DNA from: Acidobacteriota bacterium
GTDB taxonomy: Bacteria; Acidobacteriota; UBA890; WLXD01
Assembly (NCBI GenBank): GCA_965248695.1
Contig: CBDFKD010000002.1
Coordinates: forward strand, 1,184,001 to 1,248,000
DNA: 64,000 bases
Reading direction: 5' to 3'
Under the pieces are notes generated by a model. That model made no database searches. It was not told the DNA's origin and saw nothing but the letters and a program-made list of their open reading frames with translations. Position 1 is the stretch's first letter; each line of letters opens with the position of its first letter. The translations under genes were made by a program, and so were the position numbers. This document shows positions 38,941 through 50,580 of the stretch, piece after piece.

Positions 38941-40200
38941 TGACCTGACCCCCGAAAACGGATCCGGATGTAATCTCACGATCTGGGTCAAGAACGGGAG
39001 GTCAGAATGCCGAGTAAGAGGCACAGCGCCGAGCAGATCGTACGCAAGCTCCGGGAGGCTGAGGTGGAGCTGGCTCGAGGGGCGACGGTCAAGGATGCCT
39101 GCCGCAAGCTAGCAATCACCGAGCACACCTACTACCGGTGGCGGCGAGAGTACGGCGGACTGAAGCTCAACCAGGCCAGAAAGCTCAAGCAACTGGAGAA
39201 GGAGAATGCCCGGCTCAAGAGGCTGGTGGCGGAAAAGGAACTCGACCTGTCGATCCTGAAGGAAGTGGCGGAGGGAAACTTCTGAGCCCAGCTCGGCGGC
39301 GAGAGGCGGTGGCACATGTACGGGGGCGGCTGGGCGTCTCGGAGAGGCGGGCGTGTCGGGTACTGAAACAACCACGCACGACACACCGGTACGTGCCAAG
39401 AGAGCCGCAACAGGAGCAGATTTTGACGGAGCGGATCGTGGATTTAGCCCGACAGTACGGGCGCTACGGATATCGGAGGGTGACAGCGTTGCTGCGCATG
39501 GAGGGCTGGTCCGTGAACCACAAACGAGTGCAGCGTATCTGGCGGCGCGAAGGGCTGAAAGTACCGAGAAAACAGCCCAAACGAGCACGGCTGTGGCTGA
39601 GCGATGGCTCCTGCATCCGGCTGCGCCCACAGCACCGGGATCATGTCTGGGCGTATGACTTCCTGCACCACCGGACGCACGACGGTCGGGCTATGAGGCT
39701 GCTGACGATCGTCGATGAGTACACACGAGAAAGCCTGGCGATCCATGTAGCACGGAAGCTCAACTCTGAGGACGTGCTGGAGCAGCTCGGGAGGTTGTTC
39801 GTACACCGGGGCATACCTGAGCACATCCGGTCGGATAACGGACCAGAGTTCACCGCCGAGGCGGTTCGCGACTGGCTGGGCCGGTTGGGCGTGGGGACGC
39901 TGTTCATCGAGCCGGGCTCGCCGTGGGAGAACGGTTACGTGGAGAGCTTCAACGGCAAGCTACGCGACGAGCTGCTGGATGGAGAGATCTTCTACACGCT
40001 CAAGGAGGCAAAGGTTCTGATCGAGAGATGGCGTCAGCACTACAACCGCATGCGACCGCACAGCTCGCTGAGCTATCGGCCGCCCGCACCCGAAGCGACG
40101 TTGTTGAAGCCGGCTGCGCTCCGCTTCGCCGGCCTCAACAACCTCTTGTCAGCACCGAGTTACTGAGATAAGACATGGTACTAACCGCGGGGTCAGGTCA
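38941..40200 (+). mobile_element. IS3-family element B copy 2 (orfA 39007-39285, orfB to 40166)
   Basis: Same termini and identical translations as copy 1; no TSD. Confidence 0.95.
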
Positions 40201-40871
40201 CCTGACGAAGCATAGAAGTCGGCGAACTGCGGGATCACCATCACCAGAAGAATGAGCACCACGGCCAGCGAAACGGCGGCCAGAACAATCGGGTACATCA
40301 TCGCGGCCTGAACCCGCCCGCGGAGCTTCAGCGACTTGTCAAGGTGTGCCTGGTAGCGGCGGATCGCCGTGACCAGATCGCCGCTCGCCTCTCCGACTTC
40401 CAGCGATGTGACAAATAGCTCCGGCAATCTCACGCGCTCGATCTCTGGACGAAACGATCCGGAGATGCCCTCGCCACCGGCGAGCAGGCCGCGAACGCGA
40501 TCGAGCATGCTTCCGACCACCGAGCCAGCGCGCCGCGTACGAAGGATATCGACACAGCGGAGTAGCGGTAACCCAGCATTTACCAGCGCCGCGAGCTCCT
40601 GGTTCAGCAACAGTAGCTCGGCGGGCGCTACGTGCGTCCGACGGCGTCTGAAGAGGCCGCGGCCAGAGTCTGCGGCGCCTCCACCCAACTGAATGGACGC
40701 CAGCTTGCGCACCGTCGGCAGGGCGCTGGACGCGCTGCCCTCGACAACGTCGAAGACCTCGAGGCCATCTGCTGCCAGTTGCTCGCGCGCCGCAGGCGCC
40801 GACACCGCCGAGACGTAGCGCTCGGCGATGGCGCCATCGGGGGCGCCGACACGGCAGCGAAACTCAGGCAT
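40201..40871 (-). pseudogene. pilC: Type II secretion F / PilC platform protein, 3' half deleted by IS
   Basis: LVNAGLPLL, VGEASGDL, AMMYPIV, VIPQFADFY, then the IS IRR. Confidence 0.85.
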
Positions 40872-40885
40872 GGGGAGCGTCCTCG

Positions 40886-41647
40886 CTATTCGCGCTGGCC
40901 GGTATCAGGCGCGGTTGCCGGCGGTTGCGACCGCACGCCGATGGCCAGGAACAACGAGCCGGCATCGACGTCGTCCCCCGGGCGAATACCGATCAGGTGC
41001 GGAACACCGGGGGTCAGCGTCAACTCGGACGCAACCCTGAAGCGCTCCGCGCCCTCGAGCCAAACGTCGCGAAGCTGCAGCGCACCGGCATCGGCGTCGA
41101 CGCCGACGATCTCGTATCTCAGGGTACGGTTGGCGGACAGCCGGATGTTCTGGCCGGCATCGTCTAGCACTCCAGTCCATTCGCCCACCAGACCGAAGTC
41201 ATCGAACTGCACCAATGTCCCGAGATCGGCCCGCAGATCGGCCAACCGACTGGCGCCGCCGGCGCCGTCGACGACCTCGCTGCGCACGTCGACCGGAGGG
41301 ACCCCGTCGAACCCGCGCACCAGACGCACGTCGAGCTCCCAGGCGGCACCGAACAGTGCAACGGCGGGCGGTGACGGCCTGGCCACCGTGGGCGCAGTCT
41401 CGACGACATCGCTCGGTGACCACAGCACCGCCGCCAGCACGATGACCACCGTGACTGCACCGGCGAAGCGCAATACCGGGCGTCGGTTCGACGCTGCCAG
41501 CAGGTGCGCCAGGCGGCTACCCATCGCTGCCGGCTGAGGCTCCAATCGCGCCTCGATACGCCGCCACTGGGCTTCGGAATCGCGCTCCGTGGTGCGACCG
41601 TGCCGTAGGTTACGAAAGATCTTCTCGGGTCGATGCTTGTCGGTCAT
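40886..41647 (-). CDS. Single-pass membrane hypothetical protein (anti-sigma-like architecture)
   Basis: AGGAGG RBS; WRRIEARL, one TM helix, beta-rich C-terminus. Confidence 0.7.
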   Translation of the reverse strand: MTDKHRPEKIFRNLRHGRTTERDSEAQWRRIEARLEPQPAAMGSRLAHLLAASNRRPVLRFAGAVTVVIVLAAVLWSPSDVVETAPTVARPSPPAVALFGAAWELDVRLVRGFDGVPPVDVRSEVVDGAGGASRLADLRADLGTLVQFDDFGLVGEWTGVLDDAGQNIRLSANRTLRYEIVGVDADAGALQLRDVWLEGAERFRVASELTLTPGVPHLIGIRPGDDVDAGSLFLAIGVRSQPPATAPDTGQRE

Positions 41648-41759
41648 GAAACTCCTCCTGGCATGTATACGAACCGCCTTCCCGAAGCGTCCAAGGCGAT
41701 CGCCGGCGGTGTGGTCTATCCTGACTAGAATGGAAACCGGAATGCCTGACCGAGGACCA

Positions 41760-42705
41760 TTACCGGTGCTGTACCTACGGGGTTTGTCGACGGGCGAGTT
41801 CCGAGAGGCGCTGCCGATCCTACTGGGACAGGAAGCGCGCGGCCTGTGGCCATCGGCGATCTGCCGGCTGACGAACGCTTGGAGCGCCGAGTACGAGGCG
41901 TTCCAGAAACTGGATGTGTCCACCAAGCAGTACGTGTATGTATGGGCCGACGGTGTGCACTTCAACATTCGACTCGAGGATGATCGGCTGTGCACGCTGG
42001 TACTGCTGGGCGTGCTGCAGGACGGCTCCAAGGAGCTCATCGCGGTCGAGGACGGGTATCGAGAGAGCACCGAGAGCTGGGCGTTCGTGCTCAGAGAGCT
42101 GAAGTGTCGAGGGATGTCGGCGCCGCTGGTGGCGGTGGGTGACAGCGCGCGGGGTTTCTGGCCGGCGGTGCGGGAAGTATGGCCCGAGACCCGAGAGCAA
42201 CGATGCTCGGTGCATCGACTTGCCAACGTGCTCGACAAGCTACCCAAGCGCCTCCAGGCCAAGGCCAAGCGCGCGCTCCAGGAGATCATCGGCGCGCCGA
42301 TGCGTGACGATGCCCAAGAGGGCATGGCGCGGTTCGAAGCCGACTACGGAGCCAAGTACCCCAAGGCGGTCGCCTCGTTACAGCGCGACGCCGACAAGCT
42401 GCTGACGTTCTACGACTTTCCCGCCGAACACTGGGTTCACCTGCGCACGGTCAACCCGATCGAGTCAGCCTTCGCCACCGTGCGCCTGAGACAACGTGTC
42501 ACCAAGGCGCTGGCTCACGCACCAAGGCCCTGACGATGGCCTTCAAGCTCCTGACATGGCGCAACGGAGATGGCGCCGCATCAACTCTCCCCACCTCGCT
42601 GCCCTTGTGCTCGAGGGCGCCACCTTCGTAGACGGAGTTCACCTGATCGCTAGCGAACACGCCGCTTGATCAAATCCCTCCATCCACAACATTTGCAAAT
42701 AACTC
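41760..42705 (+). mobile_element. Degenerate 5'-truncated IS256 paralogue of 27812-29215
   Basis: Homology starts at LPVLYLRG; frameshift near 42505; same IRR ATCCACAACATTTGCAAATAACTC. Confidence 0.9.
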
Positions 42706-42724
42706 CTGCGTGTAAACTTCTGTC

Positions 42725-42912
42725 TGAATTCGAGACCGGCTCCGAGACCCGCGCCGGCATCGGCTCGTGGATGGACTTCTACAACGAGCGCAGACCCCGT
42801 TCGGCGCTCGACGATCGCACGCCCGAGGACGGGGCTGGCAGCCTAAACCATGAACCCCGATTCCACCTTAATTTCCTCGCAAAACTATCCGAAAGATGGG
42901 CCCCACCTCTCC
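42725..42912 (+). mobile_element. 3' remnant of another IS3-type transposase with IR
   Basis: IGSWMDFYNERRPRSALDDRTP followed by IR-like ...GGGCCCCACCTCT. Confidence 0.6.
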
Positions 42913-42993
42913 AGGACGATGGCATGCTTGGCTCGATATTGCTGGCTCGCCTCGCTGTGAACCGCTGAAGGAAAGCACGAGAGAACAGATCGC

Positions 42994-43414
42994 GTGCGCT
43001 GGCTGATCGACTTCTCGGTGCGTCGACCCATTGCAGTGGGCATGCTGTACTGTGCGCTCTCGCCCTTCTCGCGTGGCCCGCCTGTCCGAGCTGCCCGTCG
43101 ACGTTGCTCCTGAGGGCGAGTTCCCCGAGATCATCATCTCGACGAGCTGGCCGGGGGCCTCTCCGGTGTCGATTCAGAGCCTGATCACAAGTCCGATCGA
43201 GTCCGTCTCGGTCACGGTGCCCGGCGTTCACAAGGTGACGTCGACTTCGCAGCCTGGCACGTCGAACGTCACCGTGCAGTTCGTCGAGAGCGCCAACCTC
43301 GACCTGGCGCGCTTCGAGCTGGCGGATCGACTCTCGCTGCTGCACGACGAGCTGCCGCCAGGCATCCCGCTGCCGACGCTGCGGGCCAACCTTCCCCGTC
43401 AGTTCCGCGAGCTC
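42994..43414 (+). pseudogene. Frameshifted 5' fragment paralogous to the RND permease at 59419-62547
   Basis: EFPEIIISTSWPGASP...DLARFELADRLSLLHD...RANLPRQFREL nearly identical. Confidence 0.88.
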
Positions 43415-43575
43415 GTCCAGAAGATGCGCGAGCTTAACCAGCGCGGTTCCCTGAAGGACTTTCACGACCGCGTCTACAAGATCCGGCTTCCTGCCGATGG
43501 TGCTGGTGCTTGAAGCGCTGTTCCACCAGCTTGAGCAGGAGTTCGGTGGCGCCGTCGCCGATTGAGGAGAAGACG

Positions 43576-43950
43576 ATGAAACAGCTCGACAAAAGGGGCT
43601 GGGTTGCAGCCGCTCTGGTCCTCGGTGCAATCGCCATCGGCGGCAGCAGTCGACTGAGGGGCAAGACGCTCAACGGGGAGTTCGAGGCGCTGATCGAACG
43701 CTACCTCGCCGAGGTGCGCGGCGTCGGCGCCACCGTCGAGTCCCACGACATGAGGGTCGCTGCGTTCGAGCGCGACATCGAGGTGCAGCGTCGCATCCTG
43801 GCCGACCTGCGTTCCATCGACCGCGCCACCCTGAGCTTCGATCAGGATATCGACTACCGATTCCTGCAGAGCATCTTGAGGGGCAACATCATCTGGGTCG
43901 AGATCGTGGAGCGCTAGCGCCAGGACCCTCGCGGCTACTTCGGCATCGGC
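43576..43950 (+). pseudogene. N-terminal fragment of secreted DUF885-like protein
   Basis: GAGGAG RBS, signal peptide, LRSIDRATLSFDQDIDY; premature TAG at 43915-43917. Confidence 0.5.
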
Positions 43951-44005
43951 CGCGGCTGGAGCGTGCGCGGTTCACGTCGGAGGGGGACGGTCCTGGCCTG
44001 GACGG

Positions 44006-45088
44006 CTACTCACACACTGGCGGTGCCGTGTAGTCTAGATCTAGTAGTCGGAAATAGTTCTGCCCCAACGCGATATTCCGAAAGGCGGTATCGTGCAGGT
44101 CGCGAAGGATCTGACTCGTGACGTGTAGCTCCGTTCGATAGATGTCGATGTCCTTGTCCCTCGACGCCAAGAAGTCCGTGCCGGGCAGGATCCGTTCCGA
44201 GTAGTCATTCAAGAACGGTACATAGAGCGCCCGTTTGTCCGGCTGTGAGAAATAGGCGTCGTCGATCACCCGCCAAGAGATATCCACCATCAGCTTCGGG
44301 TAGCGATCCAGCAGCGACGTTATCGTCTGGATGTGCTGGGCGGCGGTCATGTCGACCAGTTCACGGGACAGCCCCATATGCACCCAAACGATTGCGTTAT
44401 CAGGATACAAGCGCAGCACTTCCTGCAGGAGAGGCAGGTATCGAGTTGGATCCTCGTCCGTGCCCAGATCCGCGTGTACCGCAAGCGGGATGTTTCGTTC
44501 CCCCAGCGCTTCCATGAAGGGCGCCCACCCCGTGAGGGCGGCCATGGAGACCGGCGTATGCCCGTTAGGGAACAACGCTTGTTTTACCAGGTTTACCTCG
44601 CCCATCCAGGTGAACGCGCCGGGGTATTCTTTCTCCAAGAGGTGCATCCCTCGGAGGATCGCCTCCGGGCGCGACAAGTCCGGGAACGTCATCGAGAGCG
44701 TCAAATGGACGCCAGGGTGCGTATTCATGATGTAGTTGGCAGCATTGACGAAGTCGTTCTTCAGCGTTGGCGTCACTGGCGTGCCTGGGCACTCCAGGTA
44801 ATAGGTGCAGGACGACGCCGGGGGCAGCATCTGACCAATGCCAGAGATGTTGGCGAACAGGACGCCGGTCTCTTGGAGGTACGAGACCATCTCCTCGAAC
44901 GGGATCGCGGAGCCTCCAAATGGACGGAAGTGCAAGTGGGTATCAACGACTGCGGTCTGGGATTGGCTGGAGCGGTCGTAACAGGACGGGTCTTCGATCT
45001 GGAACATCTCCAACGTCGGCTTCGAGACGCATCCAGCGGTGCCTGAGACGCCGATCAGAAGCACTAGGACGCATGTGGGTAGTTTCAT
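44006..45088 (-). CDS. Amidohydrolase_2 family lipoprotein
   Basis: TAGC lipobox; VVDTHLH, WMGEVN, HADLG, WVHMG, LPGTDF. Confidence 0.85.
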   Translation of the reverse strand: MKLPTCVLVLLIGVSGTAGCVSKPTLEMFQIEDPSCYDRSSQSQTAVVDTHLHFRPFGGSAIPFEEMVSYLQETGVLFANISGIGQMLPPASSCTYYLECPGTPVTPTLKNDFVNAANYIMNTHPGVHLTLSMTFPDLSRPEAILRGMHLLEKEYPGAFTWMGEVNLVKQALFPNGHTPVSMAALTGWAPFMEALGERNIPLAVHADLGTDEDPTRYLPLLQEVLRLYPDNAIVWVHMGLSRELVDMTAAQHIQTITSLLDRYPKLMVDISWRVIDDAYFSQPDKRALYVPFLNDYSERILPGTDFLASRDKDIDIYRTELHVTSQILRDLHDTAFRNIALGQNYFRLLDLDYTAPPVCE

Positions 45089-45345
45089 CCCTGGACCCAG
45101 ACCGCGTATTCGGTCGACGCTGAGCACCTCGCGACGTGCCCTTCTTGGATGACGTGCGGCCCGTGTCGTTGCCAGCTGGCTCGACGCAGGCGTGGCGAGA
45201 TGATTACCACAGCGGCGCAAATTCATAAGAGAGCAGCGGTGATGGCGTAACATTGATTATCCCCCAGATGAATTTCCAGCGATTCCACTTCCCCCCAGCC
45301 GTGGCAGCCAACCGTGAGTCTGCCACTGGGCCCCACTCTCTGACG

Positions 45346-46035
45346 CTATTGCTCCCAGGTGTGTCGGATACGAGCGTAGTAGTACGCGCCGTTGAAGCCC
45401 CACGGCGTGTACTCGCTGTACCGCTCGCCGACGCTTCGCGCATTTGGACTCTCGTCGGGAACGTGTTGAACACGTTCTGGCTACCGAACGCGAGCGTGGT
45501 GTCGTCCGACAGCGGAATGCCCAGTTCGACGTCGACGACCGGTTTGCCGCTGAAGAGGGTCTGCGCACTGTCCCAATCGAACCAGGCGCCGTAGTAGCTG
45601 ATCCGCCCGAGGAGGTCCAGCGCACCAGCGCGCTGAGTGACCCTGACGTTCCAGCGGTTCTTGGGCAGCGCCTCCTGCAGCTCGCGAATCCGTCTCGCGA
45701 CGTTGAGCAGCTTCGGATCGAAATGGGTCACCTCGGTCGTCGTGTGGTTGAAGACGGCGCTGAAGACGGTGTCGCCGCCGAAGGCGGGCGGGACGTAGGT
45801 CGAGACGATGTCGAGGCCCTGTGTTGTGGTGGCGACCGCGTTGGTGAAGAACCGGAAGCTGGCGAGGCCCCGTGCGTTCTGGACCCCCTCGGCCAGGAGC
45901 TGGTCGACCTCGCCCGGTGTGAGCGTGAAGTCCTGCGTCACGGCGATCCGGTCGGCCAGGTCGATGCGGAAGTAGTCAACCGTCAGGATGAACGGCCCGT
46001 GATCGATGACGGCCCCGACCGCGTAGTTGTGCGAT
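45346..46035 (-). pseudogene. C-terminal barrel fragment of TonB-dependent receptor (frameshift near 45450)
   Basis: LTVDYFRIDLADRI, RFFTNA, GSQNVFNTFP, PWGFNGAYYYAR. Confidence 0.8.
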
Positions 46036-46094
46036 AGTCTCGAGGGGGCCTGATCATCAGGACGCCTTAAACGACTTACTCGATGAGTTCTTCA

Positions 46095-46601
46095 AACGTG
46101 GCCTTCTGGTCTGTCCTGATGGATCGTCTCGATCCGCTCCTGCAACCGAGCATCCTCACGCGCTCGCTGGCTCGGGCGCCGCTGGCGCCACGCGTAGTAC
46201 CCGCTGGTGGAGATCTCCAGCACGCGGCACATCGTGGCTACCGGATAGTTGGCCTGGTGGGCGCTCACGAACTGGAACCCTTCTTGGGCACCGACGTTGC
46301 CAGGATTTCTCGCTCGACTTTGAGCTGCCAAACCTCACGCCGAAGACGCCGCAGCTCTTCCCGCTCCTTCGTGCTCAGTCCCTCTGCGGTGTGCCCCTCG
46401 TCTCGGTCCGCTTGCTTGACCCACTGGTGGATCGTCCAGTACGACGGCTCGAACTCCTCCGCCAGTTCGTACGCGCTTCGGCCGGCTCTGGCCAGCTCGA
46501 TGATCTGCCGCCGGTACTCCGGCGGATACGGTCTTGTTCTCGACATGGTGGATCTCCTCCACCCCAAGCTCGACACTGTCCACCAACCTCACGCAACTCC
46601 A
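46095..46601 (-). mobile_element. Decayed IS3-family remnant (IRL, orfA from 46546, start of orfB)
   Basis: YPPEYRRQIIEL...EELRRLRRE...VEREIL; MCRVLEISTSGYYAW; IR TGGAGTTGCG. Confidence 0.8.
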
Positions 46602-46677
46602 CGGTGGCTCCGGCGCGGCTTGACTGCTCTCATGCGATCCTCTGCAGCAATTGGGGCACATGCGGAGTTTGGACGAT

Positions 46678-47229
46678 ATGATGAGATGCTATCAGCCACT
46701 CGTAGTTGGGTTAACTTTTACCGTCCTTGGGCTATTTGGGCCTGCTGCCGCTCACGCCCATCAAGACGCGGTGATTTCCGGCACGGTTACCAGTGCGGAG
46801 TTCAGCCTTCCCGGCGTCACCGTCCAGGTACGCAGCTCAATGCCTGGCGGTCAGATCCGGCGGACCACGTACACCGACAATAGCGGCAAGTTCACGATCG
46901 CGCTGCCACCTGGTGTGTATGACGTGACGTTGAGCCTGCCCGGCTTCGCCACGGTCATGCGCGAGCGGTTGGATATCATCGCCAGGGCGACGGTAACTCT
47001 CGATATTGAGATGTCCGTGCGACTCCAAGAGGAAGTAGTCGTTGTCGGCAGTCGTGCGCAGCCGCGGTCGGCGACCGAGTCTACAGTGCCGGTCGACGTC
47101 ATCAGTGCCGATGAACTCGCCAGCCAAGGCGATGTCGATATCACCAGCCAGCTGCGCACGGTCGTTCCCTCCTTTAACGTCAACAGGCAGCCGATCAGCG
47201 ATGCGGCCACCATTGTACGGCCGGCCAAC
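46678..47229 (+). pseudogene. N-terminal fragment of TonB-dependent receptor (carboxypeptidase-regulatory-like domain + plug)
   Basis: Signal peptide, ISGTVT, EEVVVVGSR, VPVDVIS, QPISDAATIVRPAN; ends next to an IS256 IR. Confidence 0.82.
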
Positions 47230-47241
47230 CGGATCCGGCCC

Positions 47242-48158
47242 GAGTCCTGTGGAAATAAAGATGGCGTAACCTCCGAGTAGGAAAAACACAAAGCCGCCAC
47301 GAGCGGCAGGAGGCTACGCCGTGAAGCAGGTTAGCACGGAGGGAACCGGGCTCGTCGAGTTCCGGCAGGACGTACAGGCGCTGTTGCGCACCAGGATCCG
47401 CGAGGCGATCCAGATGACGCTTGACGAGGAGCTCACCGAGGCGCTGGGTTGCGACCGATACGAGCGCAACGGGCAGCGGCGAGGCTACCGCAACGGCAGC
47501 CAAAGGCGTCGGGTGACGACAGCCCAAGGGCTCCAGGAGCTGGACATACCGCGGGGGCGCATCGTGGGGCAAGACGGCAGCACCCGAGAGTTCCGCAGCG
47601 CGATCCTGCCACGGTACGCACGGCGAGCCCGGCAGGTGGACGAGGCGATCCTGGGAGCATACCTGGCGGGAGCCAACACCCGGCGGATCCGCAAGGCGCT
47701 CTCTCCGCTGCTGGGCAAGGCGCACCTGACCAAGAGCACGATCTCCAGGGTGGTGGGGCGCCTGAAGGCGTACTTCGAGCGCTGGAGACAGCGAGATGTG
47801 TCAGGCGAGCGGTACTGGATCCTGTATTTGGACGGGTTCCATCTGAAGGTCAGGCTGGCGAGGCGGGTCGTGTCGGCGCCGGTACTGGCGGTGCTCGGGG
47901 TCCAGCCCGACGGCCAGAAGGTGTTGGTAGCGTTGCAGTTGGCGGTCTCGGAGGCAGCGGTGCACTGGCAAGGACTGATCGAGTCGCTGGTGAGACGAGG
48001 GCTGCAGGCGCCGGAGGTGCTGATCGCCGACGGCCACAAGGGCCTGGCCAAGGCGATCGAGGTATGGCCCGATGTGTCGGTGCAGCGGTGCACACAACAC
48101 AAGTGGAGCAACTTACGCGACCACTGCCCGGTTCATGCACGTGCGGAGATGAAGCGGG
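47242..48158 (+). mobile_element. Second-type IS256-family element, 3'-truncated by IS3-B (transposase from 47321)
   Basis: IR-like GAGTCCTGTGGAAATAAAG; GYRNG, LYLDG, IADGHKGL, QRCTQH. Confidence 0.88.
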
Positions 48159-49220
48159 TGACCTGACCCCCGAAAACGGATCCGGATGTAATCTCACGAT
48201 CTGGGTCAAGAACGGGAGGTCAGAATGCCGAGTAAGAGGCACAGCGCCGAGCAGATCGTACGCAAGCTCCGGGAGGCTGAGGTGGAGCTGGCTCGAGGGG
48301 CGACGGTCAAGGACGCCTGCCGCAAGCTAGCAATCACCGAGCACACCTACTACCGGTGGCGGCGAGAGTACGGCGGACTGAAGCTCAACCAGGCCAGAAA
48401 GCTCAAGCAACTGGAGAAGGAGAATGCCCGGCTCAAGAGGCTGGTGGCGGAAAAGGAACTCGACCTGTCGATCCTGAAGGAAGTGGCGGAGGGAAACTTC
48501 TGAGCCCAGCTCGGCGGCGAGAGGCGGTGGCACATGTACGGGGGCGGCTGGGCGTCTCGGAGAGGCGGGCGTGTCGGGTACTGAAACAACCACGCACGAC
48601 ACACCGGTACGTGCCAAGAGAGCCGCAACAGGAGCAGATTTTGACGGAGCGGATCGTGGATTTAGCCCGACAGTACGGGCGCTACGGATATCGGAGGGTG
48701 ACAGCGTTGCTGCGCATGGAGGGCTGGTCCGTGAACCACAAACGAGTGCAGCGTATCTGGCGGCGCGAAGGGCTGAAAGTACCGAGAAAACAGCCCAAAC
48801 GAGCACGGCTGTGGCTGAGCGATGGCTCCTGCATCCGGCTGCGCCCACAGCACCGGGATCATGTCTGGGCGTATGACTTCCTGCACCACCGGACGCACGA
48901 CGGTCGGGCTATGAGGCTGCTGACGATCGTCGATGAGTACACACGAGAAAGCCTGGCGATCCATGTAGCACGGAAGCTCAACTCTGAGGACGTGCTGGAG
49001 CAGCTCGGGAGGTTGTTCGTACACCGGGGCATACCTGAGCACATCCGGTCGGATAACGGACCAGAGTTCACCGCCGAGGCGGTTCGCGACTGGCTGGGCC
49101 GGTTGGGCGTGGGGACGCTGTTCATCGAGCCGGGCTCGCCGTGGGAGAACGGTTACGTGGAGAGCTTCAACGGCAAGCTACGCGACGAGCTGCTGGATGG
49201 AGAGATCTTCTACACGCTCA
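48159..49220 (+). mobile_element. IS3-family element B copy 3, truncated by copy 4
   Basis: IRL at 48159; ends at TACACGCTCA; one noticed difference (C at 48314 vs T). Confidence 0.93.
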
Positions 49221-50480
49221 TGACCTGACCCCCGAAAACGGATCCGGATGTAATCTCACGATCTGGGTCAAGAACGGGAGGTCAGAATGCCGAGTAAGAG
49301 GCACAGCGCCGAGCAGATCGTACGCAAGCTCCGGGAGGCTGAGGTGGAGCTGGCTCGAGGGGCGACGGTCAAGGATGCCTGCCGCAAGCTAGCAATCACC
49401 GAGCACACCTACTACCGGTGGCGGCGAGAGTACGGCGGACTGAAGCTCAACCAGGCCAGAAAGCTCAAGCAACTGGAGAAGGAGAATGCCCGGCTCAAGA
49501 GGCTGGTGGCGGAAAAGGAACTCGACCTGTCGATCCTGAAGGAAGTGGCGGAGGGAAACTTCTGAGCCCAGCTCGGCGGCGAGAGGCGGTGGCACATGTA
49601 CGGGGGCGGCTGGGCGTCTCGGAGAGGCGGGCGTGTCGGGTACTGAAACAACCACGCACGACACACCGGTACGTGCCAAGAGAGCCGCAACAGGAGCAGA
49701 TTTTGACGGAGCGGATCGTGGATTTAGCCCGACAGTACGGGCGCTACGGATATCGGAGGGTGACAGCGTTGCTGCGCATGGAGGGCTGGTCCGTGAACCA
49801 CAAACGAGTGCAGCGTATCTGGCGGCGCGAAGGGCTGAAAGTACCGAGAAAACAGCCCAAACGAGCACGGCTGTGGCTGAGCGATGGCTCCTGCATCCGG
49901 CTGCGCCCACAGCACCGGGATCATGTCTGGGCGTATGACTTCCTGCACCACCGGACGCACGACGGTCGGGCTATGAGGCTGCTGACGATCGTCGATGAGT
50001 ACACACGAGAAAGCCTGGCGATCCATGTAGCACGGAAGCTCAACTCTGAGGACGTGCTGGAGCAGCTCGGGAGGTTGTTCGTACACCGGGGCATACCTGA
50101 GCACATCCGGTCGGATAACGGACCAGAGTTCACCGCCGAGGCGGTTCGCGACTGGCTGGGCCGGTTGGGCGTGGGGACGCTGTTCATCGAGCCGGGCTCG
50201 CCGTGGGAGAACGGTTACGTGGAGAGCTTCAACGGCAAGCTACGCGACGAGCTGCTGGATGGAGAGATCTTCTACACGCTCAAGGAGGCAAAGGTTCTGA
50301 TCGAGAGATGGCGTCAGCACTACAACCGCATGCGACCGCACAGCTCGCTGAGCTATCGGCCGCCCGCACCCGAAGCGACGTTGTTGAAGCCGGCTGCGCT
50401 CCGCTTCGCCGGCCTCAACAACCTCTTGTCAGCACCGAGTTACTGAGATAAGACATGGTACTAACCGCGGGGTCAGGTCA
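49221..50480 (+). mobile_element. IS3-family element B copy 4 (orfA 49287-49565, orfB to 50446)
   Basis: Full 1260 bp, both IRs, no TSD. Confidence 0.95.
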
Positions 50481-50569
50481 GGCCACGCCCGAGGCGAACT
50501 ACAACACCGGCCCGCACCTACGACTTCGAATCCAAGCGGTCACCTGTCCAACGCAACAGGGTAGCTCCA
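50481..50569 (+). mobile_element. Right-end remnant of an IS3-type element
   Basis: CTGTCCAACGCAACAGGGTAGCTCCA resembles the IR at 46576-46601. Confidence 0.5.
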
Positions 50570-50580
50570 GTACCTTCTCA

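Noticed and set aside
30032-40200. Composite transposon of IS3-B copies 1 and 2 carrying the prophage cargo
   Set aside because: Outer flanks (GCTC vs CCTG) show no target duplication, so movement as a unit is unsupported
41648-42325. 479-aa ORF 40886-42325 as a single protein
   Set aside because: Its N-terminal part is antisense IS256 sequence; the RBS-supported start is 41647
45241-45251. GATGGCGTAAC shared with the IS256 end near 47260
   Set aside because: 11-bp match with no extension; compatible with chance
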